A DNA stretch of 64,000 nucleotides from Muribaculaceae bacterium (lineage in GTDB: Bacteria > Bacteroidota > Bacteroidia > Bacteroidales > Muribaculaceae): the NCBI GenBank assembly GCA_016281825.1, contig JAEEJI010000128.1, positions 6,241 to 70,240 of the forward strand, read 5' to 3'. Under the pieces are notes generated by a model, which did no database searches, had not been told where the DNA came from, and saw only the letters and a program-made list of their open reading frames with translations. A program made the position numbers and the translations under genes. Shown piece after piece: positions 1 to 9,767 of the stretch (position 1 is the stretch's first letter; every line of letters begins with the position of its first letter).

Positions 1-101
1 ACTTCCCTTCCCTGAGGGTGCACTAATTATGATACGGCTTCTTATCCAATCGAATTTTGATGAACTTCCGAAACTTCAATGAGATAGTTATTTGTTATGT
101 C

Positions 102-146
102 GAAACCGTGTTAAATCTCTCTTTTTTGCAGATTTAGCACGGTTTC
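102..146. terminator. long inverted repeat downstream of the DUF4919-like gene
   Basis: gaaaccgtgttaaatct ... agatttagcacggtttc, 17-bp stem with one mismatch. Confidence 0.5.
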
Positions 147-172
147 AGTTCTTTGAAGAAGAGGTTTCGGGC

Positions 173-871
173 TTATAGGTCGGGGAACTTGAGGGCTGCG
201 ACCTCCATCATGCGGCTCACATCGAAGTAGAATCCCTTGGTACTCTTGCCCGCTACAGGTTCGACGGTGATGTACTCGAGGCCGTTGCCCAATTCCTCAT
301 GGTTGGTGGCGACATAGCCCAGGAAGTTGACGATGTTGTACTCGTGCTCGGGGGCGATAACCACCCAAGGCTCTTCCTTGGTGCCCTTGCCGCTCGACAT
401 GATGGTGGCAATCAGGCGGTCCAGACGGAACTGGCGCAGTGCCGCACGGTTGTATTTCTTCTTCTCTTTCAACGAGAATATGAAGTACTTCATCTGGTTT
501 AGGTCGAAGATGTTGTCATCGAGCGACATGCGCGCGTACTTCTCAATGGAGTCGCACTCGGCTCGCGAGTGGGGCTGTTTGTAATAGAGTTGCTCGACCA
601 CGTTGCTGTAGACGCTCTCTCGGAACGGGTTGTAGTCCTCCTGGAAGGTATAGCCGTAGTACAGATTGCGGTACGCCTCGATGGTCATTGTGGTGTCATC
701 GCTCAGGAACGACCGCATCAACTTGGGGTAGTAATAGATGTTGTTGGGGTTCTCAATGACTTCCTTGACATGTTTGAAGTCCACCTTGCGGATGTTCAAC
801 TTGCCTTGAGCCATCGTGGCCGTGGCAATCGCCACAACCATCGCAACAATCAGTATGAGTCTTTTCTTCAT
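173..871 (-). CDS. DUF4919-like exported protein
   Basis: Signal peptide followed by YYYPKLM..F / YRNLYYGYTFQEDYNP and a C-terminal SSGKG..E.PW.VI..HEY, typical of Bacteroidetes DUF4919. Confidence 0.75.
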   Translation of the reverse strand: MKKRLILIVAMVVAIATATMAQGKLNIRKVDFKHVKEVIENPNNIYYYPKLMRSFLSDDTTMTIEAYRNLYYGYTFQEDYNPFRESVYSNVVEQLYYKQPHSRAECDSIEKYARMSLDDNIFDLNQMKYFIFSLKEKKKYNRAALRQFRLDRLIATIMSSGKGTKEEPWVVIAPEHEYNIVNFLGYVATNHEELGNGLEYITVEPVAGKSTKGFYFDVSRMMEVAALKFPDL

Positions 872-959
872 TGTTAATGTATTACTCTAGATGTTCTAGA
901 TATACTAGATTCTCTAGATGTTCTAGCATAATTCTTAATTTTAAATTCTAAATTCTTAA

Positions 960-1454
960 TTATAGAAGGAATCCTTCGACAGCGATTCCGATTTGTGCCA
1001 CCGCGACAATGGCGGGCAGGCACTTGGCGGCGAAGTATTGCAGGAAAGTCGTCGCAGGCTGGCGCATCCATCGCCCGGCGGGAGTGCGACTGTAGGCCAA
1101 TTGCCCCACGAAGGCACCAAGCACGACACCGAGTACTAGTATGCGTGGTCCCACAATCATGCCAAGTAGGCATCCCGCGATGGCCGACACGCCGATGTAG
1201 AGGTTGCTCGCGCGTTGCCCGTCGGGTTCGCCCCGCGGCGACATATAGGCGAGTCCTGTCACCAGAGCCGTACAGATGCCCCAAAAGACAAAGGTGCCGC
1301 TCTTGACGGCTATAAAGTAGCTCATGTGCAATAGCACCATGCCGACAAATGCGGGAATCGCCGCCACCAGCCACCGCCAGGGACGGAACAAAAGCACCCC
1401 TGCCACAACCAGTGAGGCGATGCCCAGTACTAGCAGTATGTATTGTGTAATCAA
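960..1454 (-). CDS. multi-pass membrane protein (DUF456-like)
   Basis: 164-aa hydrophobic ORF with 4-5 TM segments and a Gly-rich GxxxG pattern (GCLLGMIVG..LGVVLGAFVG); TTG start uncertain. Confidence 0.6.
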   Translation of the reverse strand: MITQYILLVLGIASLVVAGVLLFRPWRWLVAAIPAFVGMVLLHMSYFIAVKSGTFVFWGICTALVTGLAYMSPRGEPDGQRASNLYIGVSAIAGCLLGMIVGPRILVLGVVLGAFVGQLAYSRTPAGRWMRQPATTFLQYFAAKCLPAIVAVAQIGIAVEGFLL

Positions 1455-1554
1455 TGATTATCAATGCACAATGCACAAAGCATAATGCACTTTTATTGTT
1501 TAGTCCTTGTAGTCTAAAACACCTTTCTAGCCTATTTATTGCCTTGAACCGGCA

Positions 1555-3648
1555 TTATTCAGCATTGTTAACGTCTGGTGCTTCTTTCTGGGGCTTAGGC
1601 TGGATGTCGTCGGGATAGCTGATGCGGGTGTAGTAAAATGCCTTGAGGCGCTCGACAAAGATTCGCTTGACTGTCTCCACATCTCGGAAACTGATGGGAG
1701 CCTCACGCAACAGGCCGTCGGCAATCTGTCCGTCTATGACACGGTCGACCATCGAGCGTATCGACTGTTCGTCGTGCTCTTTAAGGCTCTTCACGGCAGC
1801 CTCACAACTGTCGGCCATCATTACAATCGCCGCCTCGCGTGACTGTGGGTTAGGGCCAGGATAAGTGTACAGCGACGCGTCGACTTCGCGGTCGGGATGC
1901 GCCTTGCATGCCTGGGTGTAGAAAAACTTGGCCAGTCCGCGCCCATGATGCTGCAGGATCATATCCTTGATGACCTGCGGCAACCGAGCCTTCTCGGCCA
2001 TCTTCACGCCGTCGGTGACGTGCTGGATGACGATGCGCGCGCTCTGCTCCGGTGCCAATGCGTCGTGCGGGTTCACACCGCTCTGGTTCTCGGTGAAGAA
2101 TGCGGGGTTCTCAATCTTGCCAATGTCGTGGTAAAGCGCGCCGGCACGCACCAACTGAGGGCTCGCCTGCACCTTGACGGCGGCTTCACCAGCAATGTTC
2201 GCCACCTGAAGGGCGTGCTGGAAGGTGCCGGGACAGTTCTCCGATAGTTTGCGCAGCAATGGCGTGTTGATGTCGCTCAACTCGACCAGGGTCACCGTCG
2301 ATGTGAAGCCAAAAGTCTTCTCGACCAAAAAGATGCCCACGTAGGCAAACGACAGTACCACGCAGTTGACCGCAAAGTACATGAAATAGTGCCAATCGAC
2401 ATTGACGATATCAATGCCCCGCACCAACTCGAGCGCGACAAACGACACGCAGTAGGCAAGAAAAATCAGCACGGCGCATTGCACCAACTGGGACCGCCGC
2501 GTCAACTCCTGCATCGAGGCGATGGCGATGGCACCCGCCAGGAACTGCATGATGATGAATGCCGCCTGCTCGCGCGCCACGAGCGAACAAATGAGCACCA
2601 CAATCAGGTGCACGAAAAACGAAGTGCGCGCGTCAAAGAAGGTGGTCACGATGATGGGTGTCATCGCAAATGGGATAAGGTACATATAATTCGGCCTGAA
2701 CTTCACAATCCACAACACCGCCACCACCATCAGGGTCATGAAAGTGATTAAGAAAGTCATGCGACGCAGGTTGTGGAAGACGCGCGGTCGCATCAGCCGA
2801 GTGAAGAAATAAAACACCAAGAACAGGATGGTCACAATCACAATCTGTCCCAGCAGGATGTAGTCTCCCGAGCCCACACGCTTCTTGTTGTTCTCCTCTA
2901 GCATGTGCTGGTAGGTCTTGATGATGGCGTCCTTCTCGGGCGTGACGACATTGCCGGTGAAGATGATTGCCTCTCCCATCTGCACGCGTTGGTCACTGGG
3001 AGGTGTCAAGGCGGTGTTCAGGGCATCGGTATACCATTTCTGATCCTCCTTCTCGTCGATGGTGAGGTTGGGTTCGAGGTAGTTGTTCAGTCCAACCTTC
3101 AGCACTGCGTCACGGTAGGGCGAGCCTGCTAGCAGCGAGTCGAGTTGCGCGTAGGCTTGCTTGACCGAGTGCATCTTCTCGGTCGACATCAATGTCGCGT
3201 TAGTGCCGTTGTTGTCGCGAATGCTCACGTGTTCCATCGTCCCTGCGGTAATCTTCTCGTATGCCTCACTGTCGATGATGCCTTCTTGGTAGATTTGCGT
3301 CAGGGCACTCACCATTTGGTAGCGTGCACTGGCTGGTACCGCCGACTCGCCTGTCAATGCCTGATTGAGCAGCACGGCCTTCTGGTTGCCCAGCTGCGTG
3401 TTGAGACGGTAGAAATGGACAAAGTTGGCGTTCACACTGTCGGTGATGCGCTGCTTGGTCGCTTCGTCATACTCGCAGGGGATGTCGAATGGCGCAATCA
3501 ATGTGGGGTTTCGCCAAGGCTTGCCCACTTCGTGCGAGAGCAACGCTCCCATCTGACCCGTGTTGCGCGGCAATGATAACGCGATCAGTATCACGCCCAC
3601 GAGCATGAGCAGTGCAATCAGCAGATGATGTTTTCGGTTCTCTGTCAT
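1555..3648 (-). CDS. 7TM-HD phosphohydrolase (PgpH-like c-di-AMP phosphodiesterase family)
   Basis: Extracytoplasmic domain, ~7 TMs, then PGTFQHALQV, ALYHDIGK, FFTENQ, QHHG and MMADSCEAA motifs. Confidence 0.9.
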   Translation of the reverse strand: MTENRKHHLLIALLMLVGVILIALSLPRNTGQMGALLSHEVGKPWRNPTLIAPFDIPCEYDEATKQRITDSVNANFVHFYRLNTQLGNQKAVLLNQALTGESAVPASARYQMVSALTQIYQEGIIDSEAYEKITAGTMEHVSIRDNNGTNATLMSTEKMHSVKQAYAQLDSLLAGSPYRDAVLKVGLNNYLEPNLTIDEKEDQKWYTDALNTALTPPSDQRVQMGEAIIFTGNVVTPEKDAIIKTYQHMLEENNKKRVGSGDYILLGQIVIVTILFLVFYFFTRLMRPRVFHNLRRMTFLITFMTLMVVAVLWIVKFRPNYMYLIPFAMTPIIVTTFFDARTSFFVHLIVVLICSLVAREQAAFIIMQFLAGAIAIASMQELTRRSQLVQCAVLIFLAYCVSFVALELVRGIDIVNVDWHYFMYFAVNCVVLSFAYVGIFLVEKTFGFTSTVTLVELSDINTPLLRKLSENCPGTFQHALQVANIAGEAAVKVQASPQLVRAGALYHDIGKIENPAFFTENQSGVNPHDALAPEQSARIVIQHVTDGVKMAEKARLPQVIKDMILQHHGRGLAKFFYTQACKAHPDREVDASLYTYPGPNPQSREAAIVMMADSCEAAVKSLKEHDEQSIRSMVDRVIDGQIADGLLREAPISFRDVETVKRIFVERLKAFYYTRISYPDDIQPKPQKEAPDVNNAE

Positions 3649-3652
3649 ATCC

Positions 3653-5896
3653 TTAACTATTAACCCTTGTGGCCGTATTAACGCCCTTGACGCGCTTGAG
3701 GCGCTTGCACAGGTTGGTTACCACGCCCACGTCGGCGATGAGCACGTTCAGGTCGCACTTGAATACGCCCTGGTCGGCACGAATGTTCAGTGCACGCATA
3801 TTGATGGCCATGTTGGTCGAGATAATGTAGATGATTTCTTGCAGGATACCCAGTCGGTCAATTCCCTCGACATGGATGGTTGCCGGAAAACGGGCACTGC
3901 TGGCATCCCATCGTGTCTGGACCAAGCGACCGCCGTCCACGCTCTTCAGGCGCATGGCAGTGGGGCAGTCTAGTTTGTGCACGATGACCTCGCCACGCTC
4001 GTTGACATATCCCACCACGTCGTCACCAGGGATCGGGTGGCAGCAGGAGGCGATGGTATAATTGCTCACACCTTCGACCGACTGCAGCACAAACACTTTC
4101 TTGGTGTCAATCTTGCCATCCTCATTGCCCTCAGTGAGCTGTTCTTCCTCGGCCGGCTTGCGCCCTTTGCCTCTGCGAAACATGCGCGTGAACATGTTGC
4201 CGCCTTGTTGTGGACGCACACTGGCGAGCAACTGGTCGTTCAGCGCAATCTCATCGTTGCCAATCATGAAGTACAGGTCTTCCTTGTTCTGAGCGTGCTC
4301 GGCACTGATGATACGTGAGAGCACCTCACCCGTGGGTTCCACGTTGTGCTCGGCCAGCAGAGTCTGCAGGCGACGCTCGCCACGATCGATGATCATACGC
4401 CTGTCATGTTTCAGAGCGGCGCGCAGGCGTGTCTTGCCCTTGGCGGTGACCAAGTACTTGTTCCATTCGGCCTTGGGTTGCTGTGTGTGCGAGGTGAGCA
4501 CTTCCACCTGATCGCCGCTGGCCAACCGGTGCGACAACGGCACCAACTTGTGGTTCACCTTGCCGGCGATGCAGTGGGTGCCCAGTTCGGTGTGCAACGT
4601 GAACGCCACGTCGAGCACCGACGAGTCTTTGGGCAGGGTGAGCATCTCGCCCTTGGGGGTGAATACCACAATTTCGCTGGAGAATAGGTTGAGTTTGATG
4701 GTGTCGAGGAAGTCGAGCGCGTTGGGCTCGGGGTTCTTGAGGATGTCCTCGATGGTCTGCAGCCAGGCGGCAAGTTCGCTTTCTTCCTCACCCTCGCCAA
4801 TCTTGTATTTCCAGTGGGCGGCAAATCCTCGCTCGGCGATGTCATCCATGTGTCGGCTGCGAATCTGTACCTCGACCCACTTGCCGTCGGGCCCCATCAC
4901 GGTGATGTGCAGCGCACGGTATCCATTGGCCTTGGGCGTGCTGATCCAGTCGCGGACGCGGTCGGGGTGCAGACGGTACAGGTCGGTGATTTCGCTGTAG
5001 ATGTTCCAGCAGATGCGCTTCTCGTCGCTCTCGTGGTCACACTCAAACACGATGCGTGCCGCATAGAGGTCATAGACCTCCTCAAACGGGATGCGCTTGG
5101 TTTCCATCTTCTTCCAAATGCTGTAGCACGACTTGACGCGCGCGCGGAACTCGTAGGTGAGCCCCATGCGGTCAAGGCGCTCACGGATGGGGGCGGAGAA
5201 GCGGGCAAACAGTTCGTTTCGGCTGGCCTCGCTCGATGCCAACTGCTGCTCAATGCGCACGTATGCGTCGGGATGCTCATACTTGAAACTCAGGTCCTCA
5301 AGTTCGGTCTTGATGGCAAACAGTCCCAAACGGTGAGCCAATGGCGCATAGATATAGAGTGTCTCGCCGGCAATCTTGTACTGTTTCTGCGGCGGCATGG
5401 ACTGCAGTGTGCGCATATTGTGCAGGCGGTCGGCCATCTTGACCAGCACCACACGGATGTCGTCGCTCATGGTGAGCAAGAGTTTGCGGAAGTTTTCTGC
5501 TTGTGCCGAAGCCTTGTCACCAAAGATACCACCCGAGATTTTAGTCAAGCCGTCGACAATCTTTGCAATCTTCTTTCCAAATTGTGCCTCGATGTCCTCG
5601 ACGGTATAGTCCGTGTCCTCGACCACGTCATGAAGCAGTGCGGCACAAATCGATGTCGAACCAAGCCCGATTTCCTGACTCACGATGGTCGCCACTGCGA
5701 TGGGGTGCATGATATATGGCTCACCCGAGCGGCGCCGGATTCCTTGATGGGCGTCGCGGGCGAAGCGGTAGGCCTTCTCGATGATGTCAACCTTCTTGCG
5801 GTGGTTGCTACGGACATATCCATCCAGCAGACGGTCGTAGGCATTTTGTATCATCGCGGCCTCTTGCTCTGGGGTCAACTTGGTGGGAGTGGTCAT
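3653..5896 (-). CDS. relA: bifunctional (p)ppGpp synthetase/hydrolase RelA/SpoT
   Basis: R.SGEPYIMHP, ALLHDVVEDT, ADRLHNMRT, PKANGYRALH, EVQIRS, TGS and ACT domains. Confidence 0.95.
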   Translation of the reverse strand: MTTPTKLTPEQEAAMIQNAYDRLLDGYVRSNHRKKVDIIEKAYRFARDAHQGIRRRSGEPYIMHPIAVATIVSQEIGLGSTSICAALLHDVVEDTDYTVEDIEAQFGKKIAKIVDGLTKISGGIFGDKASAQAENFRKLLLTMSDDIRVVLVKMADRLHNMRTLQSMPPQKQYKIAGETLYIYAPLAHRLGLFAIKTELEDLSFKYEHPDAYVRIEQQLASSEASRNELFARFSAPIRERLDRMGLTYEFRARVKSCYSIWKKMETKRIPFEEVYDLYAARIVFECDHESDEKRICWNIYSEITDLYRLHPDRVRDWISTPKANGYRALHITVMGPDGKWVEVQIRSRHMDDIAERGFAAHWKYKIGEGEEESELAAWLQTIEDILKNPEPNALDFLDTIKLNLFSSEIVVFTPKGEMLTLPKDSSVLDVAFTLHTELGTHCIAGKVNHKLVPLSHRLASGDQVEVLTSHTQQPKAEWNKYLVTAKGKTRLRAALKHDRRMIIDRGERRLQTLLAEHNVEPTGEVLSRIISAEHAQNKEDLYFMIGNDEIALNDQLLASVRPQQGGNMFTRMFRRGKGRKPAEEEQLTEGNEDGKIDTKKVFVLQSVEGVSNYTIASCCHPIPGDDVVGYVNERGEVIVHKLDCPTAMRLKSVDGGRLVQTRWDASSARFPATIHVEGIDRLGILQEIIYIISTNMAINMRALNIRADQGVFKCDLNVLIADVGVVTNLCKRLKRVKGVNTATRVNS

Positions 5897-6021
5897 AGGC
5901 ACAATGGTGTAAGTGTGCGAAGATAGTGCTTTTTCTTGAGAACACCGCCATTTTTGGCAAAAAAAATGTTTTTTTGACCTCTTGTGCCATGTTTTGGCGC
6001 AGCTGAGCCCTAATTTTGCAA

Positions 6022-6166
6022 CGTGAAATCAAGACAATGTTACCTAGATAATGCCATGAAAAATACTTCGGTTCGGCCCGGCAGTTTGCTTGGTGGTGAC
6101 TGTCGGCACTCATAATCAGTAAGTAAACGCGCACCCAGCTGTGAAGCCCGGTGCGCACTTTTTTTT
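6022..6166 (+). ncRNA. candidate sRNA or microprotein transcript divergent from relA
   Basis: TAATTTTG box at 6011-6018; hairpin gcgcacc..ggtgcgc followed by a T8 run (6129-6166); contains a 19-codon ORF at 6056-6115. Confidence 0.35.
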
Positions 6167-6551
6167 AAAAAAAGCGGCGGACTGGAACAGATCCCATTCC
6201 GCCACATATTACGAAGTAATGAGTGATGAATCTATGAATTGTATAGCACCGCCAACCGTTGCAATAATTATGTTGATGCGATAATATAATTGCAAATCGC
6301 GATCTACTATATATAATGCAAAAATAGTGTCTAGGGGTATGCCCAACCAAATTATTTTATGCCCAAATGATTTTGCAATATACTGGTTAATAGTGAAATA
6401 AAAAATAATTTTTGCCCAAAGCATTTCGCTTGATGCCCAAAAATCAGCAAAAGGCCAATTTTAGGCCATTTTTGCCCCAAATCTCTCGGTTTTTGCAAAA
6501 ATCCACATCGTATATTGATGCGAGAAGCAAGAAAGTCTAAAGTCTAGAAAC

Positions 6552-6599
6552 AATTCTTAATTCTAAATTCTAAATTCTAAATTTAAATTCGTACCTTTG
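6552..6599 (+). promoter_or_regulatory. heptamer tandem repeat followed by a -7 promoter box
   Basis: (aattcta/aattctt)n then TACCTTTG at 6592-6599, 25 bp before ATG 6625. Confidence 0.6.
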
Positions 6600-6624
6600 C
6601 AGTCTGAAAATGGATTGATCGTCA

Positions 6625-8241
6625 ATGAAGCGTTTGTTTCACATAATATTAGTGATGGCTTTGCTGGGGGCAGTGGGATGCAGTCGCGTGGATGTCGATT
6701 CGTCGCGTCTAGTCGAGTTGGACTCGCTTGTCGCCGTGGCACCCGACAGCGCCGCGACATTGCTGCTTGACATTGTGCCCTCGTCGCTGTCCAACGAAGA
6801 GGACCGCGCCTATCACGCCCTGCTTACCACCGAGGCTTGTTACATGGCTGATTTCCCTATGACCAGCGACTCTATTATCAATGTAGCCATCGACCACTAT
6901 GCTGACGGACGTGGGGAGTATGACCGCCGCATTCGCGCACTCATCTTCAAGGGGTGCGTCATGGACGAACTGGGTCAGGCTGACAGTGCCAAGTATTGGC
7001 TCGGGCGGGCCGAAGCTACCGCTCGCCCCGACGACCATGCCCATCTGGGTTATATCAATTTCCGTTTGGCAGGTCTCAGTGCCGGGGCGCAGAAGTATGA
7101 CTCAACCGCTATCGCGCGCTATGAGGCCGCCTTGATCCACTACCAGTCCATCCCAACGAACAAATACCAATTGTCGGCTCTTCTCCACCTGGGTGCGCTC
7201 TATAGCCTGCAAGATGCAGCACGGAGTCAACAGTACTTCCGCCAGGCCGAACAACTATCGCAGCAAGCAAACACCCCCTCGTTGGTTCGTCAACAGCTTG
7301 AGCAACTCGCTGTGTCGGCCTATCGGGACGGACAAGCACTGTTGACCAAGAATTGCGCCCGCCAGGCTATCGCAATGGGCGACCTCTCGGTCGGCGCCTA
7401 TGCGTATGCGGCTATCGGCTACAGTGGACTTCGGCAGACCGACTCGGCAAACACCTACCTCCAGCAGATGCCTGCACCCACCACGCGTGTCGACAGCATG
7501 AACTATCACCGTGCCCATGCCGAATATGCTCGCGCCATGAGCCACATGGAAGACTATGTGGCGCATAACGACCATGCGGGACAGATAGCAAATGCCATCT
7601 ACCTCGCGGCTCAGCAGGAAAGGCTCATGGCTATGCAACAGCGTGAGAGCAACCTGCTCAAGCGTCGGCTTGAGCAGTCACAAAAGCATCTGTGGATAAT
7701 CCTTGCGGTATTGGCTCTCATTGCCATTGGAGTGCTAGTGCTGGTCGCCAAACTGAGGCGGCAGTTGCATGAGCGTCGTGTGGCCGAACAGCGGCTACAA
7801 CAGACCATAGGCCAACTGACCCAACTGAAATCGACACTTGCTCAGCAAGAGAGCGACATCACCCTGATGAAATCCTCGTTGTTGAGTAGCGGAAAGAAGG
7901 TGATGTGCCTTGACGAGGTCATCCGCGGATTGCACACCCTGCAGCAAAGTAGCCAGAAGCGCAATGTGGCACTGAGCAACACATTCTGGGACAACTTGGA
8001 GCAGTATGTCGATGACAACTATGGCAACATTCAGCAATATGGCCTCAACGACACCGAGAAAAAGCTGTTGGGACTGTGCTGTCTGAACGTGCCGCTCGAG
8101 GTCGCAGCCCGTGTGCTAGACGTTTCACCCAAGACCATCTATAACTATCGTCCAGTGATTGCCCGCAAAATCAGCAACGAGACCACCGCCAACCTCGACG
8201 ATGCCATCGCCACCCACCGGCAACAACCCCATGTGGACTAA
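6625..8241 (+). CDS. TPR lipoprotein with TM, coiled coil and C-terminal LuxR-like HTH (trans-membrane regulator)
   Basis: Lipobox-like AVGC, helical TPR-like repeats, TM LWIILAVLALIAIGVLVLV, C-terminal LNDTEKKLLGL..AARVLDVSPKTIYNYR. Confidence 0.75.
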   Translation: MKRLFHIILVMALLGAVGCSRVDVDSSRLVELDSLVAVAPDSAATLLLDIVPSSLSNEEDRAYHALLTTEACYMADFPMTSDSIINVAIDHYADGRGEYDRRIRALIFKGCVMDELGQADSAKYWLGRAEATARPDDHAHLGYINFRLAGLSAGAQKYDSTAIARYEAALIHYQSIPTNKYQLSALLHLGALYSLQDAARSQQYFRQAEQLSQQANTPSLVRQQLEQLAVSAYRDGQALLTKNCARQAIAMGDLSVGAYAYAAIGYSGLRQTDSANTYLQQMPAPTTRVDSMNYHRAHAEYARAMSHMEDYVAHNDHAGQIANAIYLAAQQERLMAMQQRESNLLKRRLEQSQKHLWIILAVLALIAIGVLVLVAKLRRQLHERRVAEQRLQQTIGQLTQLKSTLAQQESDITLMKSSLLSSGKKVMCLDEVIRGLHTLQQSSQKRNVALSNTFWDNLEQYVDDNYGNIQQYGLNDTEKKLLGLCCLNVPLEVAARVLDVSPKTIYNYRPVIARKISNETTANLDDAIATHRQQPHVD

Positions 8242-8258
8242 ACAACCTAAACTCTAGG

Positions 8259-8298
8259 AAAAAAAATTGAGTCAGCTAAACAACTGACTCATTTTTTA
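8259..8298. terminator. bidirectional terminator between convergent genes
   Basis: A-run, tgagtcag..ctgactca hairpin, T-run. Confidence 0.7.
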
Positions 8299-8310
8299 TA
8301 AAACCCCATC

Positions 8311-9744
8311 TTAATGTGCCGGGGCGGTGGCATCCTTGCCCTGTTTAATGGATTCGACATAGGCAGCGATGCGGTGCAACTCATGAGGGATGCGGATGCG
8401 TTGTGGACAGTGTGACACACAGTGTCCACAGCCGATGCAGTGGTCGGCCTGGCGCAGTTTGGGAACCGAGCGGTCGTAGCCGATGAGGAACGCCCGCCGC
8501 GCCTTGTCGTACTCGCTCGACGCAGTCTCGCGGATGATATTGCCCTCGGTGAGGCACTTGTTGTAATGCATGAAGATGGCGGGGATATCGATGCCATAAG
8601 GGCAGGGCATGCAGTATTTGCAGTCGTTGCACGGGATGGTGTTATACTCCATCAGTTCGTCAGCTATGGTCTCGTCGAGGAAACGCATTTCGTCATCGGT
8701 CAGCGCCTTAAGCGGACTGTAGGTGCACAAGTTCTCCTTGAGATGGTGCATGAAGGTCATGCCACTGAGCACCGTTAGCACGCGCGGATAGGTGCCGGCG
8801 TAGCGGAATGCCCACGACGCCACTGTGTGCTCTGGGTCACGCGCCAGTACCTTCTTTGCGATGGGGTCTGGTAATTTGGCAAGGCGACCACCCAGCAGCG
8901 GTTCCATGATGATGGCGGGAATCTCGCGACTGTCGAGCTCTCCGTAAAGGTACTCGGCAGCAGTGTTCTCATCGTTGATTTCATCGGCATAGTGCCAGTC
9001 GAGCCAGTTCAGCTCAATCTGCACGAAATCCCACTTGACTTTTCCCTCGTCGTGCATCTGCAGGAGATAGTCAAACACGGCGATGTCTCCGTGATAGCTG
9101 AATCCCAGGTTGCGGATGACGCCTTTCTCGCGCTGCTCGACCAGGTAGTCCAGGATGCCATTGTCTTCATAGCGAGCGCGATACTCAGCCATGGCATCTT
9201 CGCCACCGCCAACGGCGTGCAGCAGCAGGTAGTCTACATAATCGACCTGCAGCTCCTTGAGCGAGTTCTGGAACATCTCGACACCAGCCTCGTGTGACCA
9301 AGTGTCGGGACTGAAATTGGAGAGTTTGGTGGCGATGAAGAACTCCTCGCGTTTGTGTCGTGCCAGTGCCACACCCGTGGCATGCTCACTGCGGCCTTTG
9401 CAGTAGGCTGGCGATGTGTCGAAGTAGTTCACACCATGCTCGATGGCATAGTCCACTTGGCGGTTGACCATCTCTTGGTCAATCTCGGCATCTTTGTCTT
9501 CGCGAGCCGATCCGTTGGTATCAAGTGTGGGCAGGCGCATCATGCCGTAACCCAGCAGCGACACCTTCTCGCCCGTCTTGGGGTTGGTGCGATAGGTCAT
9601 CTTGCCCACAGGCGGCTCTTGTTCAGAGCTTTGCTTGTCGCCGTGGGCGCAACTGACGATGGCGGGTGCGGCCACAGCGGCCGTGCCCAGTCCCAGCACT
9701 TTCAGGAAGTTTCGTCGTGATATATTGTCTTTATTGTTGTTCAT
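8311..9744 (-). CDS. Tat-exported aldo/keto reductase with C-terminal 4Fe-4S dicluster
   Basis: SRRNFLK twin-arginine signal, LGYGMMRLP, NYFDTSPAY, CxxCxxCxxCP and CIGCGHCVSHCP. Confidence 0.9.
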   Translation of the reverse strand: MNNNKDNISRRNFLKVLGLGTAAVAAPAIVSCAHGDKQSSEQEPPVGKMTYRTNPKTGEKVSLLGYGMMRLPTLDTNGSAREDKDAEIDQEMVNRQVDYAIEHGVNYFDTSPAYCKGRSEHATGVALARHKREEFFIATKLSNFSPDTWSHEAGVEMFQNSLKELQVDYVDYLLLHAVGGGEDAMAEYRARYEDNGILDYLVEQREKGVIRNLGFSYHGDIAVFDYLLQMHDEGKVKWDFVQIELNWLDWHYADEINDENTAAEYLYGELDSREIPAIIMEPLLGGRLAKLPDPIAKKVLARDPEHTVASWAFRYAGTYPRVLTVLSGMTFMHHLKENLCTYSPLKALTDDEMRFLDETIADELMEYNTIPCNDCKYCMPCPYGIDIPAIFMHYNKCLTEGNIIRETASSEYDKARRAFLIGYDRSVPKLRQADHCIGCGHCVSHCPQRIRIPHELHRIAAYVESIKQGKDATAPAH

Positions 9745-9767
9745 GACTATCAACTATTAACTATCAA

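Noticed and set aside
886-926. TCTAGA-containing 9-mer tracts (also 22885-22923)
   Set aside because: Low-complexity intergenic repeats with no positional pattern I could support
6165-6424. AT-rich short ORFs (61 and 71 aa)
   Set aside because: Overlapping, no recognisable motif, atypical codons; could be a foreign fragment but cannot be supported
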